From the NCBI GenBank assembly GCA_934101425.1, contig CAKOQQ010000001.1:35781-99780 (forward strand): a DNA stretch of 64,000 nt. The letters run 5' to 3'. Below are positions 9,819 through 19,493 of the stretch, one piece after another. This stretch comes from an uncultured Bacilli bacterium. GTDB lineage: Bacteria > Bacillota_I > Bacilli_A > RF39 > UBA660. A program made the translations under genes and the position numbers. Every line of letters begins with the position of its first letter. Positions within the stretch are counted from its first letter, which is position 1. The notes under the pieces were generated by a model. It was not told the origin of the DNA and searched no databases. It saw only the letters and a program-made list of their open reading frames with translations.

Positions 9819-10841
9819 CTATGCGTATGGTCTAGTTACCATAATATACCATGGATTACCATTAGAAGGTGAAAATTTATATGACGGGCTATTTTTTATT
9901 TGAACTCCACCATTAGCTGAATGAATAATAGAAGTTATTCTTCCATTGGATACAGATAAAACGATTCCTACATGCAATATACAATTATATCTGTCGCATC
10001 TATCTCCGTGAGTAGTACCAACACAATTTGTACATTTACCACTTTTATTATACCTACTTGTAAAGAAAACATCGCCTGGTTTGATATCTGATTGTTTTAC
10101 ACATTTATTTCTTGTGTTTTTTGCTAATCTTGCAGCTGTTAAATCTGGAACATAATTTTTGTAAACCCAACTAACAAAATCAGAGCAATCCATCTTTTTA
10201 TATGGCGTTCCAATCTTAGTTTTTGCATTTGCTATTGCACTTTTAGCTATTCTTTCATTATATGTATTAGAACTAACAAAATTAGTACATCCTTTCCCAT
10301 ATGATGTTCCACCACTATAACCAGGTTCTTTATCATTATTGTTATTATTGTTACTATTGTTATTGTTGTTATTTTTATTATTGTTATTATTGTTATTTTT
10401 ATTTTCTTTCTCTTCTTTTATTTTTGCTTCTTCTCTTTTTATTTTTTCTTCTAGTTTCTTTTGAAGTTCCATTTCTTCTCTTAATTTTCTCTTTGCTTCT
10501 GCTTCTAAAATCTCTTTTTCTCTTAATGCTTTAATATTTTCATTTGTAGCATTAATCCAACAACTATTATTTTCTAATTTTTTTTCTCCAATTGACTCCA
10601 TTACAACATTATGTATTGGAATTATCAAAAATACCATTACACATGCTATTATTTTTTTTATAAATAGCATAGTGTATTCTCTCGAAACCTCTTTTGATAT
10701 AATTTGTTTAAGTAAAGTTATTGAAGAAGAAATAACTGTTATTATTGGTATAAAAACTAGTATAACCATCAAAATTGTTTTTATAATATAAATAACTCTT
10801 AAACTACTAGATGTGTTACATATTATTTGTAATATATTCAA
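9819..10841 (-). CDS. Membrane-anchored NlpC/P60 peptidoglycan endopeptidase with a poly-Asn linker
   Basis: Two N-terminal transmembrane helices, then a charged coiled region (KREEAKIKEEKENK), then an N-rich low-complexity linker. The C-terminal NlpC/P60 catalytic residues are present: DCSDFVSWVY (Cys), ILHVGIV (His) and IIHSANGG. Confidence 0.7.
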   Translation of the reverse strand: MNILQIICNTSSSLRVIYIIKTILMVILVFIPIITVISSSITLLKQIISKEVSREYTMLFIKKIIACVMVFLIIPIHNVVMESIGEKKLENNSCWINATNENIKALREKEILEAEAKRKLREEMELQKKLEEKIKREEAKIKEEKENKNNNNNNNKNNNNNNSNNNNNNDKEPGYSGGTSYGKGCTNFVSSNTYNERIAKSAIANAKTKIGTPYKKMDCSDFVSWVYKNYVPDLTAARLAKNTRNKCVKQSDIKPGDVFFTSRYNKSGKCTNCVGTTHGDRCDRYNCILHVGIVLSVSNGRITSIIHSANGGVQIKNSPSYKFSPSNGNPWYIMVTRPYA

Positions 10842-10842
10842 A

Positions 10843-11394
10843 TTAACCTCCTATTCTAAAGTCACATTTATCAATAAATTTATCTTTACTTTTTATACTA
10901 TATATTAATATAGTTGCCGCCAAAATGAAATTTACTATTAAAAATATTATTTTTATATTAGATTGTAAATTAGACCATAAATTCTTGAGAGCTTCAGTAT
11001 TTACAAATATCTTTTCATCATCAAATGTTTTTAAACTACTAACCATCTTATTAAACATTGAGTAATAGTTATACACTAATAACAAAATAAGTCCTACAAG
11101 TGAATACTTAAATACTTTTTCCCCATCATCTTTATAACAAACAAAATATTTAAAAGTATATTTTACACCATAAATTGTGGAAAAAAATACTATTAAGTAA
11201 TTTATAATACTTTTTGTACCAAAATAAATGTAATAATAACTACTACTTGTATTAGACATATTTTTAGCTAAAAAAGCAAATACTTTATTACTTACAAATC
11301 CGCCAATTAAAGTAAAAACAACAAAACATATTATAAAGACTATTATTAAATTAATAGTCATAACAATACTATTCATTAAAGGTCTTCTTCTCAT
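10843..11394 (-). CDS. Polytopic membrane protein, hypothetical
   Basis: 183 aa with about five hydrophobic segments. It sits immediately upstream of, and is co-oriented with, the NlpC/P60 gene (2-nt gap). Confidence 0.4.
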   Translation of the reverse strand: MRRRPLMNSIVMTINLIIVFIICFVVFTLIGGFVSNKVFAFLAKNMSNTSSSYYYIYFGTKSIINYLIVFFSTIYGVKYTFKYFVCYKDDGEKVFKYSLVGLILLLVYNYYSMFNKMVSSLKTFDDEKIFVNTEALKNLWSNLQSNIKIIFLIVNFILAATILIYSIKSKDKFIDKCDFRIGG

Positions 11395-11441
11395 ATTATC
11401 ACATCTTAATTATATCATAACTAAAAATAAAAAACCACTCA

Positions 11442-11660
11442 CTATTTAGTGAATGGTAAAATTGCCATAAATCTAGCTTTTTTAACTTCTTGAGCAATAT
11501 GTCTTTGATGTTTTGCACATGCACCAGTGATTCTTCTTGGTAAGATTTTACCTTTATCACCACTTACATATTTTTTTATAATATCAGCATCTTTGTAATC
11601 AACGCTTTTTCCTGCACACATTTGACATATTTTTTTCTTTTTTCTATAAAATTCTGCCAT
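11442..11660 (-). CDS. rpsR: 30S ribosomal protein S18
   Basis: 72 aa ending [10 protein letters not shown], an S18 signature. It follows ssb. Confidence 0.9.
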   Translation of the reverse strand: MAEFYRKKKKICQMCAGKSVDYKDADIIKKYVSGDKGKILPRRITGACAKHQRHIAQEVKKARFMAILPFTK

Positions 11661-11673
11661 GTTTTCCTCCTTA

Positions 11674-12132
11674 TTAATCTAGGAAGTTGTCATCGATAGA
11701 AACGCTATCACCAAATTCAGCGAATGGATCATCATTAACATCTACATCATTATGTGGTGTATCTGCATAATCATATGGAGTAGGAGCACTACTACTTGTA
11801 CTAGGACTAGAGTCTTTCTTTCCTCCAACAAAATGAATTGTATCTACAACTACATCAAAACTTGATCTTCTATTTCCATCTTTATCATCGTAACTTCCAG
11901 TTTGTATTCTTCCTTCAAGAGCAATAAGACTTCCTTTATCAAAATATTGACATATAAGTTCTGCTTGTTTTCTCCAAGCTACAATATTTATAAAGTCAGC
12001 TTCTCTTTGACCTTGACTATTAGTAAAATTTCTATTTACTGCTATTGAAAATCTAGTTGTTGGAATATTAGTACTTGTGTATCTTAATTCAGGTTTAGCA
12101 GTAAGTCTTCCTAGTAAACAAACTCTATTCAT
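11674..12132 (-). CDS. ssb: Single-stranded DNA-binding protein
   Basis: An OB-fold N-terminus ([19 protein letters not shown]...), a Gly/Ser/Pro-rich linker and an acidic C-terminal tail (DDNFLD). It sits in the rpsF-ssb-rpsR arrangement. Confidence 0.85.
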   Translation of the reverse strand: MNRVCLLGRLTAKPELRYTSTNIPTTRFSIAVNRNFTNSQGQREADFINIVAWRKQAELICQYFDKGSLIALEGRIQTGSYDDKDGNRRSSFDVVVDTIHFVGGKKDSSPSTSSSAPTPYDYADTPHNDVDVNDDPFAEFGDSVSIDDNFLD

Positions 12133-12142
12133 TTTATACCTC

Positions 12143-12433
12143 TTAGTCTTCTTTCTTTGTAATTAAATGTCTTACGATGTCTGAACTGATTAATGCTAAT
12201 CTATCAAATTCTTTAATTGCTTTGTCATCATCAGCACTTACTTCTAGAACAAAATAATATCCACTTTTGAAATCTTTAATTTCATAAGCTAATTCTCTTT
12301 GTCCCATTTCAGTAAATTCGTTTACTTTTCCACCATTTGTAGTAATTACATTCTTAAAACTTTCAGTAACTTTTTTAAGATCGTCTTCACCTACTGTAGG
12401 TCTAACTATAAACATAATTTCATAATTTTTCAT
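12143..12433 (-). CDS. rpsF: 30S ribosomal protein S6
   Basis: 96 aa that starts MKNYEIMFIVRP, the S6 N-terminus. Confidence 0.9.
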   Translation of the reverse strand: MKNYEIMFIVRPTVGEDDLKKVTESFKNVITTNGGKVNEFTEMGQRELAYEIKDFKSGYYFVLEVSADDDKAIKEFDRLALISSDIVRHLITKKED

Positions 12434-12528
12434 TTCTACACCTCCTTATGGACTTTTGGCCTGTTTAGGCAAGGAGTAATTTAATACTCGTAATGATTAT
12501 AGCAAACTTAAATTATTTTGTAAAGCAT

Positions 12529-13149
12529 TTATATACTATTTGCTTTTCTTATCTTTTTAAGTACTATAAATAATATAACTACTGCTATTCCTAATATTAT
12601 ATATATAGTATATGAACTAGCAGATACTTTATCATATTCGTTAGAAAAAGTAATATTTATAGGTTTATCCATATAATTATCTTTATTTATAACCCATACA
12701 TAATATTTTCCTTCTCTTTTATCAGAATTATTATTTTTAGCTTTATACATTGACTTAATTCTTATTTTTACTTCTTCTAAATCAGGATACATATCAAAGC
12801 ACTTAAATTCTTCTGTTGTACTAACTACTATTTCTTGTCTTCTTACAACACTTACATTATCATAACACTTAGTTAAAAAAGTCATTAGTTCATAATTATC
12901 ATAGTCATTAGTATAAGTATATTCTTTTGAAATAGCACTATTAGAAGTATATATTAAATTTTTACTATAATTTTCAAAACCTTTTTCAAAGTTAGCAAAT
13001 TCACTAGTTAAATCTTTATCCTTCAAATACTCTTTTGTACCAGTTATTAGTAATGTTTCTTTTACTTCATCTCTTGAAAATTCTATTTCTATATTAGCAG
13101 TACAACCTGTTATTAATAGTAATAGTATTATTAAGTATAATTTTTTCAT
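12529..13149 (-). CDS. Lipoprotein with a C-terminal transmembrane anchor (paralog of 9166..9810)
   Basis: Lipobox LLLLITGC. C-terminal hydrophobic helix (IYIILGIAVVILFIVL) followed by KKIRKANSI. Its start overlaps the end of the upstream gene by 4 nt. Confidence 0.6.
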   Translation of the reverse strand: MKKLYLIILLLLITGCTANIEIEFSRDEVKETLLITGTKEYLKDKDLTSEFANFEKGFENYSKNLIYTSNSAISKEYTYTNDYDNYELMTFLTKCYDNVSVVRRQEIVVSTTEEFKCFDMYPDLEEVKIRIKSMYKAKNNNSDKREGKYYVWVINKDNYMDKPINITFSNEYDKVSASSYTIYIILGIAVVILFIVLKKIRKANSI

Positions 13150-14069
13150 TTTTCCACCTCACATAATTTCTTACATGTAGGATAGCTTTTATAAACTACT
13201 TTAGCAGGTTCAATTCTATCATCGCTTTTAAAGTATAGGCCATACTTATAAGCATTATTGTGTGCCCACTCTTTAGTCTTTTCATCGGCAAAATATAGAT
13301 TAGCACTTATTCCATAACTATATAATTCACTATCCGGATTTATAATATAATCACATTTAGTATTACAGTCATCATCACTACTATTCCATACTTCTAAAAA
13401 CTTATCATAACTTCTATAACCAATACTTATTTTTATTTTATTTTCAGAATCAGTTATCATTTTACTTAATCTATCATAAAATATTGGATTAAGACCATAA
13501 TTATTATCTCTTCTATTCATATCTTTTGCTGATCCTAATATATAAAATATACCATTTTTATATTCTAGATTTCCCCATTTATTATCATTAAATTTAGTTA
13601 TTATAGTAGATGTTCTTGTTTCATTATTATTTTTATTTTCAGAATTTATCTTTGATATTTCTTTTTTATTATATTCTTTAATACTATTTTCTAGTTTTAA
13701 GTATTCTTCTTCTACTACGTTTTTATTTTCTTCTACTTCTTTTTTATTCTTTTCTAAAATATTTATATTTTCTAAATTAGCGTATTTAAGGCAATAATTA
13801 ATATTTGATTTATATTCATCTAAGCCTTTAAATGAATATATAATTAAATACATTACTGATACAATAACTAGTGAAAGCAAAAATGATTTAAAAAAAGATT
13901 TCTTTGTTTTACTACTTCTAATACCAGTAATAAGATTATATATGATTTTTATTAAAAATATAAATGGTATTAAAGCACAAATAAATAATACTACATACTT
14001 AGTATATTTAATTATGTTAAATATTAGTTTCAAATCTTCTAACTTAGTACAATCTAAGAGTATATACAT
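13146..14069 (-). CDS. Membrane-anchored VanY/M15B-like D,D-carboxypeptidase domain protein with degenerate zinc ligands (probable pseudo-peptidase)
   Basis: N-terminal transmembrane helices and a charged coiled region. The C-terminus has the SIGYRSYD motif typical of M15B. In the expected SxHxxGxAxD block it reads SELYSYGISANL (His to Leu, Asp to Asn). In the expected EPWH block it reads IEPAKVVY (His to Lys). The neighbouring motif EWAHNNAYKYGLYF is conserved. Confidence 0.55.
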   Translation of the reverse strand: MYILLDCTKLEDLKLIFNIIKYTKYVVLFICALIPFIFLIKIIYNLITGIRSSKTKKSFFKSFLLSLVIVSVMYLIIYSFKGLDEYKSNINYCLKYANLENINILEKNKKEVEENKNVVEEEYLKLENSIKEYNKKEISKINSENKNNNETRTSTIITKFNDNKWGNLEYKNGIFYILGSAKDMNRRDNNYGLNPIFYDRLSKMITDSENKIKISIGYRSYDKFLEVWNSSDDDCNTKCDYIINPDSELYSYGISANLYFADEKTKEWAHNNAYKYGLYFKSDDRIEPAKVVYKSYPTCKKLCEVEK

Positions 14070-14104
14070 AAATCCTCCTCTAAAGAAAAAATGTGAAAAT
14101 AAAT

Positions 14105-15205
14105 TTACACATTAAATCTGAAATGACAAATATCCCCATCTTGCATAATGTAATCTTTTCCTTCAAGTCTCATAAGACCATTTGCTCTTACATTAGCTTC
14201 ATTACCACATTTTTCTAAAGCTTCATAGCTCATTACTTCTGCTCTTATAAATCCTCTTTCAAAATCACTATGAATAATACCAGCACATTCTGGAGCTTTC
14301 ATACCTTTAGTAAATGTCCAAGCTTTTACTTCATCAGATCCTACAGTAAAATATGTTGCAAGTCCAAGTAAATCATAAGTAGCTTTAATTAATTTATCAA
14401 GGCCACTTTCTTTAATGCCTAAATCTTCTAAGAATGTTTTTTTATCTTCATCAGATAATTCACTTAATTCTGATTCTATTTTAGCACAAACAGTTATAAC
14501 TTTACTATTTTCTTCTTTGGCATAATTACGAACTTTTTCTACATAATCATTTGTATCTGTAAGTAAATCACTTTCTTCTACATTTGCCATATATATAATT
14601 GGTTTTAAAGTTAAGAAATTAAAAGCTTTTATCATAGCTAATTCTTCACTAGTAAAATCTAGACTTCTTATCGGTTTATTTTGTATTAGCGCTTCTCTTA
14701 TCTTATTTAAAAGCTCAACTTCTTTAATAGTTTCTTTATCTTTACTCATAGAAGCTTTTTTACCAATTTTAGAAAGTCTCGTTTCTACAACTTCTAAATC
14801 TGCAAGTATAAGCTCTATATTTATTATTTCTATATCACGTATAGGATCAACACTAGATTCAACGTGAATAATGTTATTATCATCAAAACATCTAACAACT
14901 TCTACTATAGCATCTACTTCTCTTATATGTGATAAAAATTTATTTCCAAGTCCTTCACCTTTACTAGCTCCTTTTACAAGTCCTGCTATATCTGTGAATT
15001 CAAATGACGTAGGGATAACTCTTTCTGGAACATATAAGTTTTCTAAAAATTCCATTCTTTTATCTGGCACAATAACCATTCCTACATTTGGATCAATAGT
15101 TGCAAATGGATAATTTGCAGCTAATATATTTTTCTTTGTAATTGCATTAAATAATGTGGACTTTCCTACATTTGGAAGTCCTACAATTCCTGCTGTTAAA
15201 GCCAT
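14105..15205 (-). CDS. ychF: Ribosome-binding ATPase YchF (Obg-family GTPase)
   Basis: G1 motif GIVGLPNVGKSTLFNAIT and a C-terminal TGS domain. 366 aa, the usual YchF length. Confidence 0.9.
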   Translation of the reverse strand: MALTAGIVGLPNVGKSTLFNAITKKNILAANYPFATIDPNVGMVIVPDKRMEFLENLYVPERVIPTSFEFTDIAGLVKGASKGEGLGNKFLSHIREVDAIVEVVRCFDDNNIIHVESSVDPIRDIEIINIELILADLEVVETRLSKIGKKASMSKDKETIKEVELLNKIREALIQNKPIRSLDFTSEELAMIKAFNFLTLKPIIYMANVEESDLLTDTNDYVEKVRNYAKEENSKVITVCAKIESELSELSDEDKKTFLEDLGIKESGLDKLIKATYDLLGLATYFTVGSDEVKAWTFTKGMKAPECAGIIHSDFERGFIRAEVMSYEALEKCGNEANVRANGLMRLEGKDYIMQDGDICHFRFNV

Positions 15206-15217
15206 TTTATCCCCCCC

Positions 15218-16738
15218 CTATAAAATTACATGTGTACTAGGTCCAAGTGGTAAATTAGCTACATACCAACCTAATATAATTACTAACCAAGTACAAGCCA
15301 TAATAACTATAACTGGCATCATTAATTTTAATGTACCAAATATTGTAATTTTCTTTTTTTCATTTGTATTATATTTTTCTAGGAATGCTAATAAAATTAT
15401 AAAATATACAAATAATGGTGTAATACATTTTCCTATAGAATCTGCAGCTTTAAATACCATTTGTGCATAATCGGGACTAGTACTAGCTTTCATAAATAAT
15501 GGTACCATTATAGGTGATATAAGTGTCCATTTTTCTGTAGTACCAGGTATAAATATACTCATTATTATAATTGCAAAGAACATAACAACTACTAATATAA
15601 ATGCTGGTACATCAAGTCTACTAACTAAATTTACAAGACCAGAACTTATTACTTCTGGTATATTAGTCCAATTTAATAAGCCTAATAATTGAGCTGTAAA
15701 GAATAATAATACAAATAAATAACCTAATTCTTCAAAATTAACTGATAATCCTACACTATAATCATTTGTATCCTTAAAGTTTTTAGAAACAAAACCATAT
15801 ATAAAACTACAAATCATAAGTGTAATTAAAAATATAAATAATATGCCATAATTAAATGGTGATTCACTACCTAATAGTTTTTCAATATAAGTGTTACCAG
15901 GCCCTAATAATAATCCAGATTTATAGGCTCCTGGAACAATTTCATATATAACAGCTACTAAAATAAGTAAAAAAGCAATTAAACTATAAAATAAACCTTT
16001 TCCAGATTCTTTCTTTTCTTCTGTTATTATTTCATTTTTACCTATCTTAGGGTATAAAAATTTCTTTATAGCACTAGTACCAACAATACATAAAAGTATT
16101 GTAGCAGTAATCATTATATATAAATTTGATAATGGATTAAATACATATGTAGAATCAACTGTTGCTGTTGCTGCTGCACTTGTACTTATTCCCATAGTTA
16201 TATCATCCATATTATAGAATAATCCTGCACCATAACCAAGTGTAATACCTAAGAATATTGTATATATACCCAGTAATGGTTTTTTACCAGCTTGTTCATA
16301 TATAACAGCCACTAAAGGAATAAGTATTATATAACTATATTCTCCTATAATAGATGATACAACACCTACTAATAATGTTAAAAAGATAAGAAAATCAATA
16401 TTTATTTTTTTTACTTTTTTAAACATTACTTGGAATAATCCACTAGCTTCTCCTATACCAATAGCCATAAGAGACATTATAAGTAAAAATAATGGTCTTA
16501 ATAATTCTAAATTAGTAATAGAATTCTTAATTATAGAAATAATACCATTAAAACTAAGCGCATTATTAACAGTTATAATAGGTGATGATTCTAAAGTATT
16601 ATTGTTTATAACAGACTTTGAAACACCAACTTCCATCATAGATAAGACTGTGCTTGCAATCATAGTTATAAGTATTAATACTATAATAGTTATAACAGGC
16701 CCTACTGATAGTCTCTCTTTAATTGATTTTTTAGCCAT
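15218..16738 (-). CDS. AbgT-family transporter (p-aminobenzoyl-glutamate transporter family)
   Basis: 506-aa polytopic protein. Its C-terminal region (SPIMVPLFM...AQMVFKAADS...WLVIILGWYVANLPLGPS) parallels the E. coli AbgT C-terminus. Confidence 0.6.
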   Translation of the reverse strand: MAKKSIKERLSVGPVITIIVLILITMIASTVLSMMEVGVSKSVINNNTLESSPIITVNNALSFNGIISIIKNSITNLELLRPLFLLIMSLMAIGIGEASGLFQVMFKKVKKINIDFLIFLTLLVGVVSSIIGEYSYIILIPLVAVIYEQAGKKPLLGIYTIFLGITLGYGAGLFYNMDDITMGISTSAAATATVDSTYVFNPLSNLYIMITATILLCIVGTSAIKKFLYPKIGKNEIITEEKKESGKGLFYSLIAFLLILVAVIYEIVPGAYKSGLLLGPGNTYIEKLLGSESPFNYGILFIFLITLMICSFIYGFVSKNFKDTNDYSVGLSVNFEELGYLFVLLFFTAQLLGLLNWTNIPEVISSGLVNLVSRLDVPAFILVVVMFFAIIIMSIFIPGTTEKWTLISPIMVPLFMKASTSPDYAQMVFKAADSIGKCITPLFVYFIILLAFLEKYNTNEKKKITIFGTLKLMMPVIVIMACTWLVIILGWYVANLPLGPSTHVIL

Positions 16739-16746
16739 ATATCCTC

Positions 16747-16932
16747 CTAAAACTTAACTACTTTTTTTAGTTTCTTATTAAATTCTATTCTACTCATCAT
16801 TATAGCTCTTCCACAATTAAGACATTTAATCTTAATATCAGCACCTACTCTTGTTACTTCCCATTCATTAGTACCACAAGGATGAGCTTTTTTCATAATA
16901 ACAATACTTCCAACTTGATACATCTTATCCAT
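16747..16932 (-). CDS. DUF951 family small protein (YyzM-like)
   Basis: 61 aa containing CGTNEW...CLNCG. It lies in the ychF-parB neighbourhood, as it does in Bacillus. Confidence 0.55.
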   Translation of the reverse strand: MDKMYQVGSIVIMKKAHPCGTNEWEVTRVGADIKIKCLNCGRAIMMSRIEFNKKLKKVVKF

Positions 16933-17725
16933 TTCTTACCACCAATTGATCATATGGAATCGAAATATCATGTTTCTTTAATTCTTCAAATATTTCTTTT
17001 CTTAAAGTTCTTTGAACTGCAAAATGTGCTCCTGGTTTAGTTGTAACTGTAACTCTATAAGCTAGGCTAGAAGCATCATATGAGTTTATTCCAAGTATTG
17101 TTATATCGCCTTTTAAATCTTTCATAGTTTTAGATAATCTACTAAATAGATTATTTAAAACTTTTTCTAATTTATCTAAATCTTCTTCATAAGCTATAGG
17201 AATATCTATAATAGCTAAATCATTTGATACTGTATGATTTACTACTTCAGTAATATTTCTATTAGCTATCATAAATACTTCACCTTCATATGATTTTATT
17301 TTAGTAGTTTTAAGTCCCATATAAATAACATCGCCTCTAAAACCACTAATAGTAACATTATCACCAACTTCAAATTGATTTTCAAGTATTATAGTTATAC
17401 CAGATATAAAATCTTTTAAAGTATCTTGAACTGCAAGTCCAACTACTAAACTAAATACTCCAAGTGAAGCAATTAGTGATTTAGTATCAACATTATATAC
17501 CTCTAAAATCATAAGTAAAGCAATTATATATAAGAAATACTTAACTATATTAGTAGTTAATTGTCTTAATGTATTATGCTTTTTTTCATCCATAATTTTA
17601 GATTTACGACTAAATACGTTTAAAATTATTTTCTTTATTATCTTATATAAAATAGTAGTTACTATAAATATAATAATAGGGGCATAAAATCTCTTATCGA
17701 GAATTATACTTAATATATGTTTCAT
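16925..17725 (-). CDS. MscS-family mechanosensitive ion channel
   Basis: N-terminal transmembrane helices plus the MscS beta domain (GITIILENQFEVGDNVTISGFRGDVIYMGLKTTKIKSYEGEVFMIANRNI). Confidence 0.75.
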   Translation of the reverse strand: MKHILSIILDKRFYAPIIIFIVTTILYKIIKKIILNVFSRKSKIMDEKKHNTLRQLTTNIVKYFLYIIALLMILEVYNVDTKSLIASLGVFSLVVGLAVQDTLKDFISGITIILENQFEVGDNVTISGFRGDVIYMGLKTTKIKSYEGEVFMIANRNITEVVNHTVSNDLAIIDIPIAYEEDLDKLEKVLNNLFSRLSKTMKDLKGDITILGINSYDASSLAYRVTVTTKPGAHFAVQRTLRKEIFEELKKHDISIPYDQLVVRNG

Positions 17726-17728
17726 ATA

Positions 17729-18598
17729 TTACTCCTTTACATTTAATATTTCTAAAATTCTATTTAAATCTGCAACATTAGTAAAAGATATTTCAATTTT
17801 TTTATCTTTTATTTTAATTTTAGTATCAAGTTTATCTCTTAATAAATCTTCTACATACTTATAATCATTATTATCAACTTTTTTAGTAATTTTAACTTTC
17901 TTTTCTTCTTTTGAAGAAATATCTTCTACATCACGTACTGTAATATTTTCTTCATCTATTTTATGAGCTAACCTAATAATTTCTTCATCACTTTCAAGCT
18001 TACTTAATGCTCTAGCATGCCCCATACTTATTTTACCTTTAGAAACTAATTCTTGAACTTCACTAGGTAATCTAAGCAAACCAATTACATTAGTTATATA
18101 ACTTCTACTTTTACCAACTTTAGTACTTAAATTTTCATGAGTCATATGACTCTTTTCTAATAATTGTTTATAAGCTAAAGCTTCTTCAATTGGATTTAAA
18201 TTTTCTCTTTGAATATTTTCTAGTAATGAAATTTCTGCCATTTGTTCATCAGTAAATGGTCTTACTATTGCAGGAACTTTATCTAAACCAGCTAATTTAG
18301 AAGCTCTATATCTTCTTTCACCAGCAATAATTTCATAACCTTTAACACTCTTTTTAACAATAATAGGTTGAATAATACCATGTTCTTTAATTGATACTGC
18401 AAGTTCAGTTAACTTTTCAGGATCAAATTCTTTTCTAGGTTGATAAGGATTAGGTCTTAATTCAGATACATCAATTTCTACTATTTCTTCTTTAGGAGTA
18501 GATTCATAAATCTTTTTTTCGATACCCTCTAAATCTAAATTTTCATTATTGAATAATTGTTCTAACCCCATACCTAAAGCTCTTTTTCTATTTTCCAT
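17729..18598 (-). CDS. parB: Chromosome partitioning protein ParB/Spo0J
   Basis: ParB box (IQPIIVKK...YEIIAGERRYRAS) and an HTH. Its start overlaps the end of parA. Confidence 0.85.
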   Translation of the reverse strand: MENRKRALGMGLEQLFNNENLDLEGIEKKIYESTPKEEIVEIDVSELRPNPYQPRKEFDPEKLTELAVSIKEHGIIQPIIVKKSVKGYEIIAGERRYRASKLAGLDKVPAIVRPFTDEQMAEISLLENIQRENLNPIEEALAYKQLLEKSHMTHENLSTKVGKSRSYITNVIGLLRLPSEVQELVSKGKISMGHARALSKLESDEEIIRLAHKIDEENITVRDVEDISSKEEKKVKITKKVDNNDYKYVEDLLRDKLDTKIKIKDKKIEISFTNVADLNRILEILNVKE

Positions 18599-19373
18599 TT
18601 CTTAAAATAACCTCCTTTGCTAAATTAAGATATGCATCAGTACCTTTATTTCTTGGATCATAAGCAATAATTGGTTTACCATGTGATGGTGCTTCTGATA
18701 ATCTAACTAATCTAGGAATTATAGTATCATATACTTTTTCCTTAAAATAACTTCTTACATCTTCAGCTACTTCAAGTCCTAGTAATGTTCTACTATCTAA
18801 CATAGTTAGTAAAACACCTTCTATACTTAAAGTAGGATTTAAGTTCTTTTGTGCAAACATAATAGTATTTATAAGTTGCATAACACCTTCTAGTGCAAAA
18901 AATTCACATTGAATAGGTATTAATACTGAATCTGCTGCAGTTAATGCATTAGTAGTTAAAATACCTAAACTAGGTGGACAATCAATTATTATGTAATCAA
19001 ATACTTCTTTAGCTGCTTCAATATGTTTTTTTAGTTGCATACTTCTATTAAAAGTATTATCCACACTGCCCATTTGAATAAATTCAACATCTATACCAGC
19101 TAAGTTAACAGTAGCAGGTATTATATATAAATTTTTAAACTTTGTTTTAATAATAACTTCTTTTAAATTAGCTTTATTAGTTAATAATTCATATACGCTT
19201 TTATTATAATCTTTTTTAGATACGCCAAGTCCTGTAGTGCTATTACCTTGAGGATCTAGGTCTATTAAAAGGGCTTTTTTACCTAAAACACCTAATGATG
19301 CTGATAAATTTATACTAGTAGTAGTCTTACCTACACCGCCTTTTTGATTAACTAACGCTATAATTTTGCCCAT
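18588..19373 (-). CDS. parA: Chromosome partitioning ATPase ParA/Soj
   Basis: Deviant Walker A motif KGGVGKTTTSINL. 261 aa. Confidence 0.85.
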   Translation of the reverse strand: MGKIIALVNQKGGVGKTTTSINLSASLGVLGKKALLIDLDPQGNSTTGLGVSKKDYNKSVYELLTNKANLKEVIIKTKFKNLYIIPATVNLAGIDVEFIQMGSVDNTFNRSMQLKKHIEAAKEVFDYIIIDCPPSLGILTTNALTAADSVLIPIQCEFFALEGVMQLINTIMFAQKNLNPTLSIEGVLLTMLDSRTLLGLEVAEDVRSYFKEKVYDTIIPRLVRLSEAPSHGKPIIAYDPRNKGTDAYLNLAKEVILRNGK

Positions 19374-19493
19374 ATTATCACCATTTCTAATACTCTTTTA
19401 ACATATATTATTTTATCATAAATAGTCTAAAAAAAAAAGTAAATATATAATAAGTTAAAGTATTTTAATATTTTATTACACATAAATTTTATT

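Noticed and set aside
10300-10540. Repetitive ATT/GTT-rich DNA and the 77-aa plus-strand ORF 10301..10534. Was it a CRISPR or a simple-sequence repeat element?
   Set aside because: It is the coding sequence for the poly-Asn/Lys low-complexity linker of the NlpC/P60 protein on the minus strand. It has no spacer-repeat periodicity.
17729-19493. Looked for parS sites (TGTTNCACGTGAAACA) in and around parB and parA
   Set aside because: I could not find a convincing 16-bp palindrome match by eye. That does not rule out degenerate sites. A computational scan is needed.
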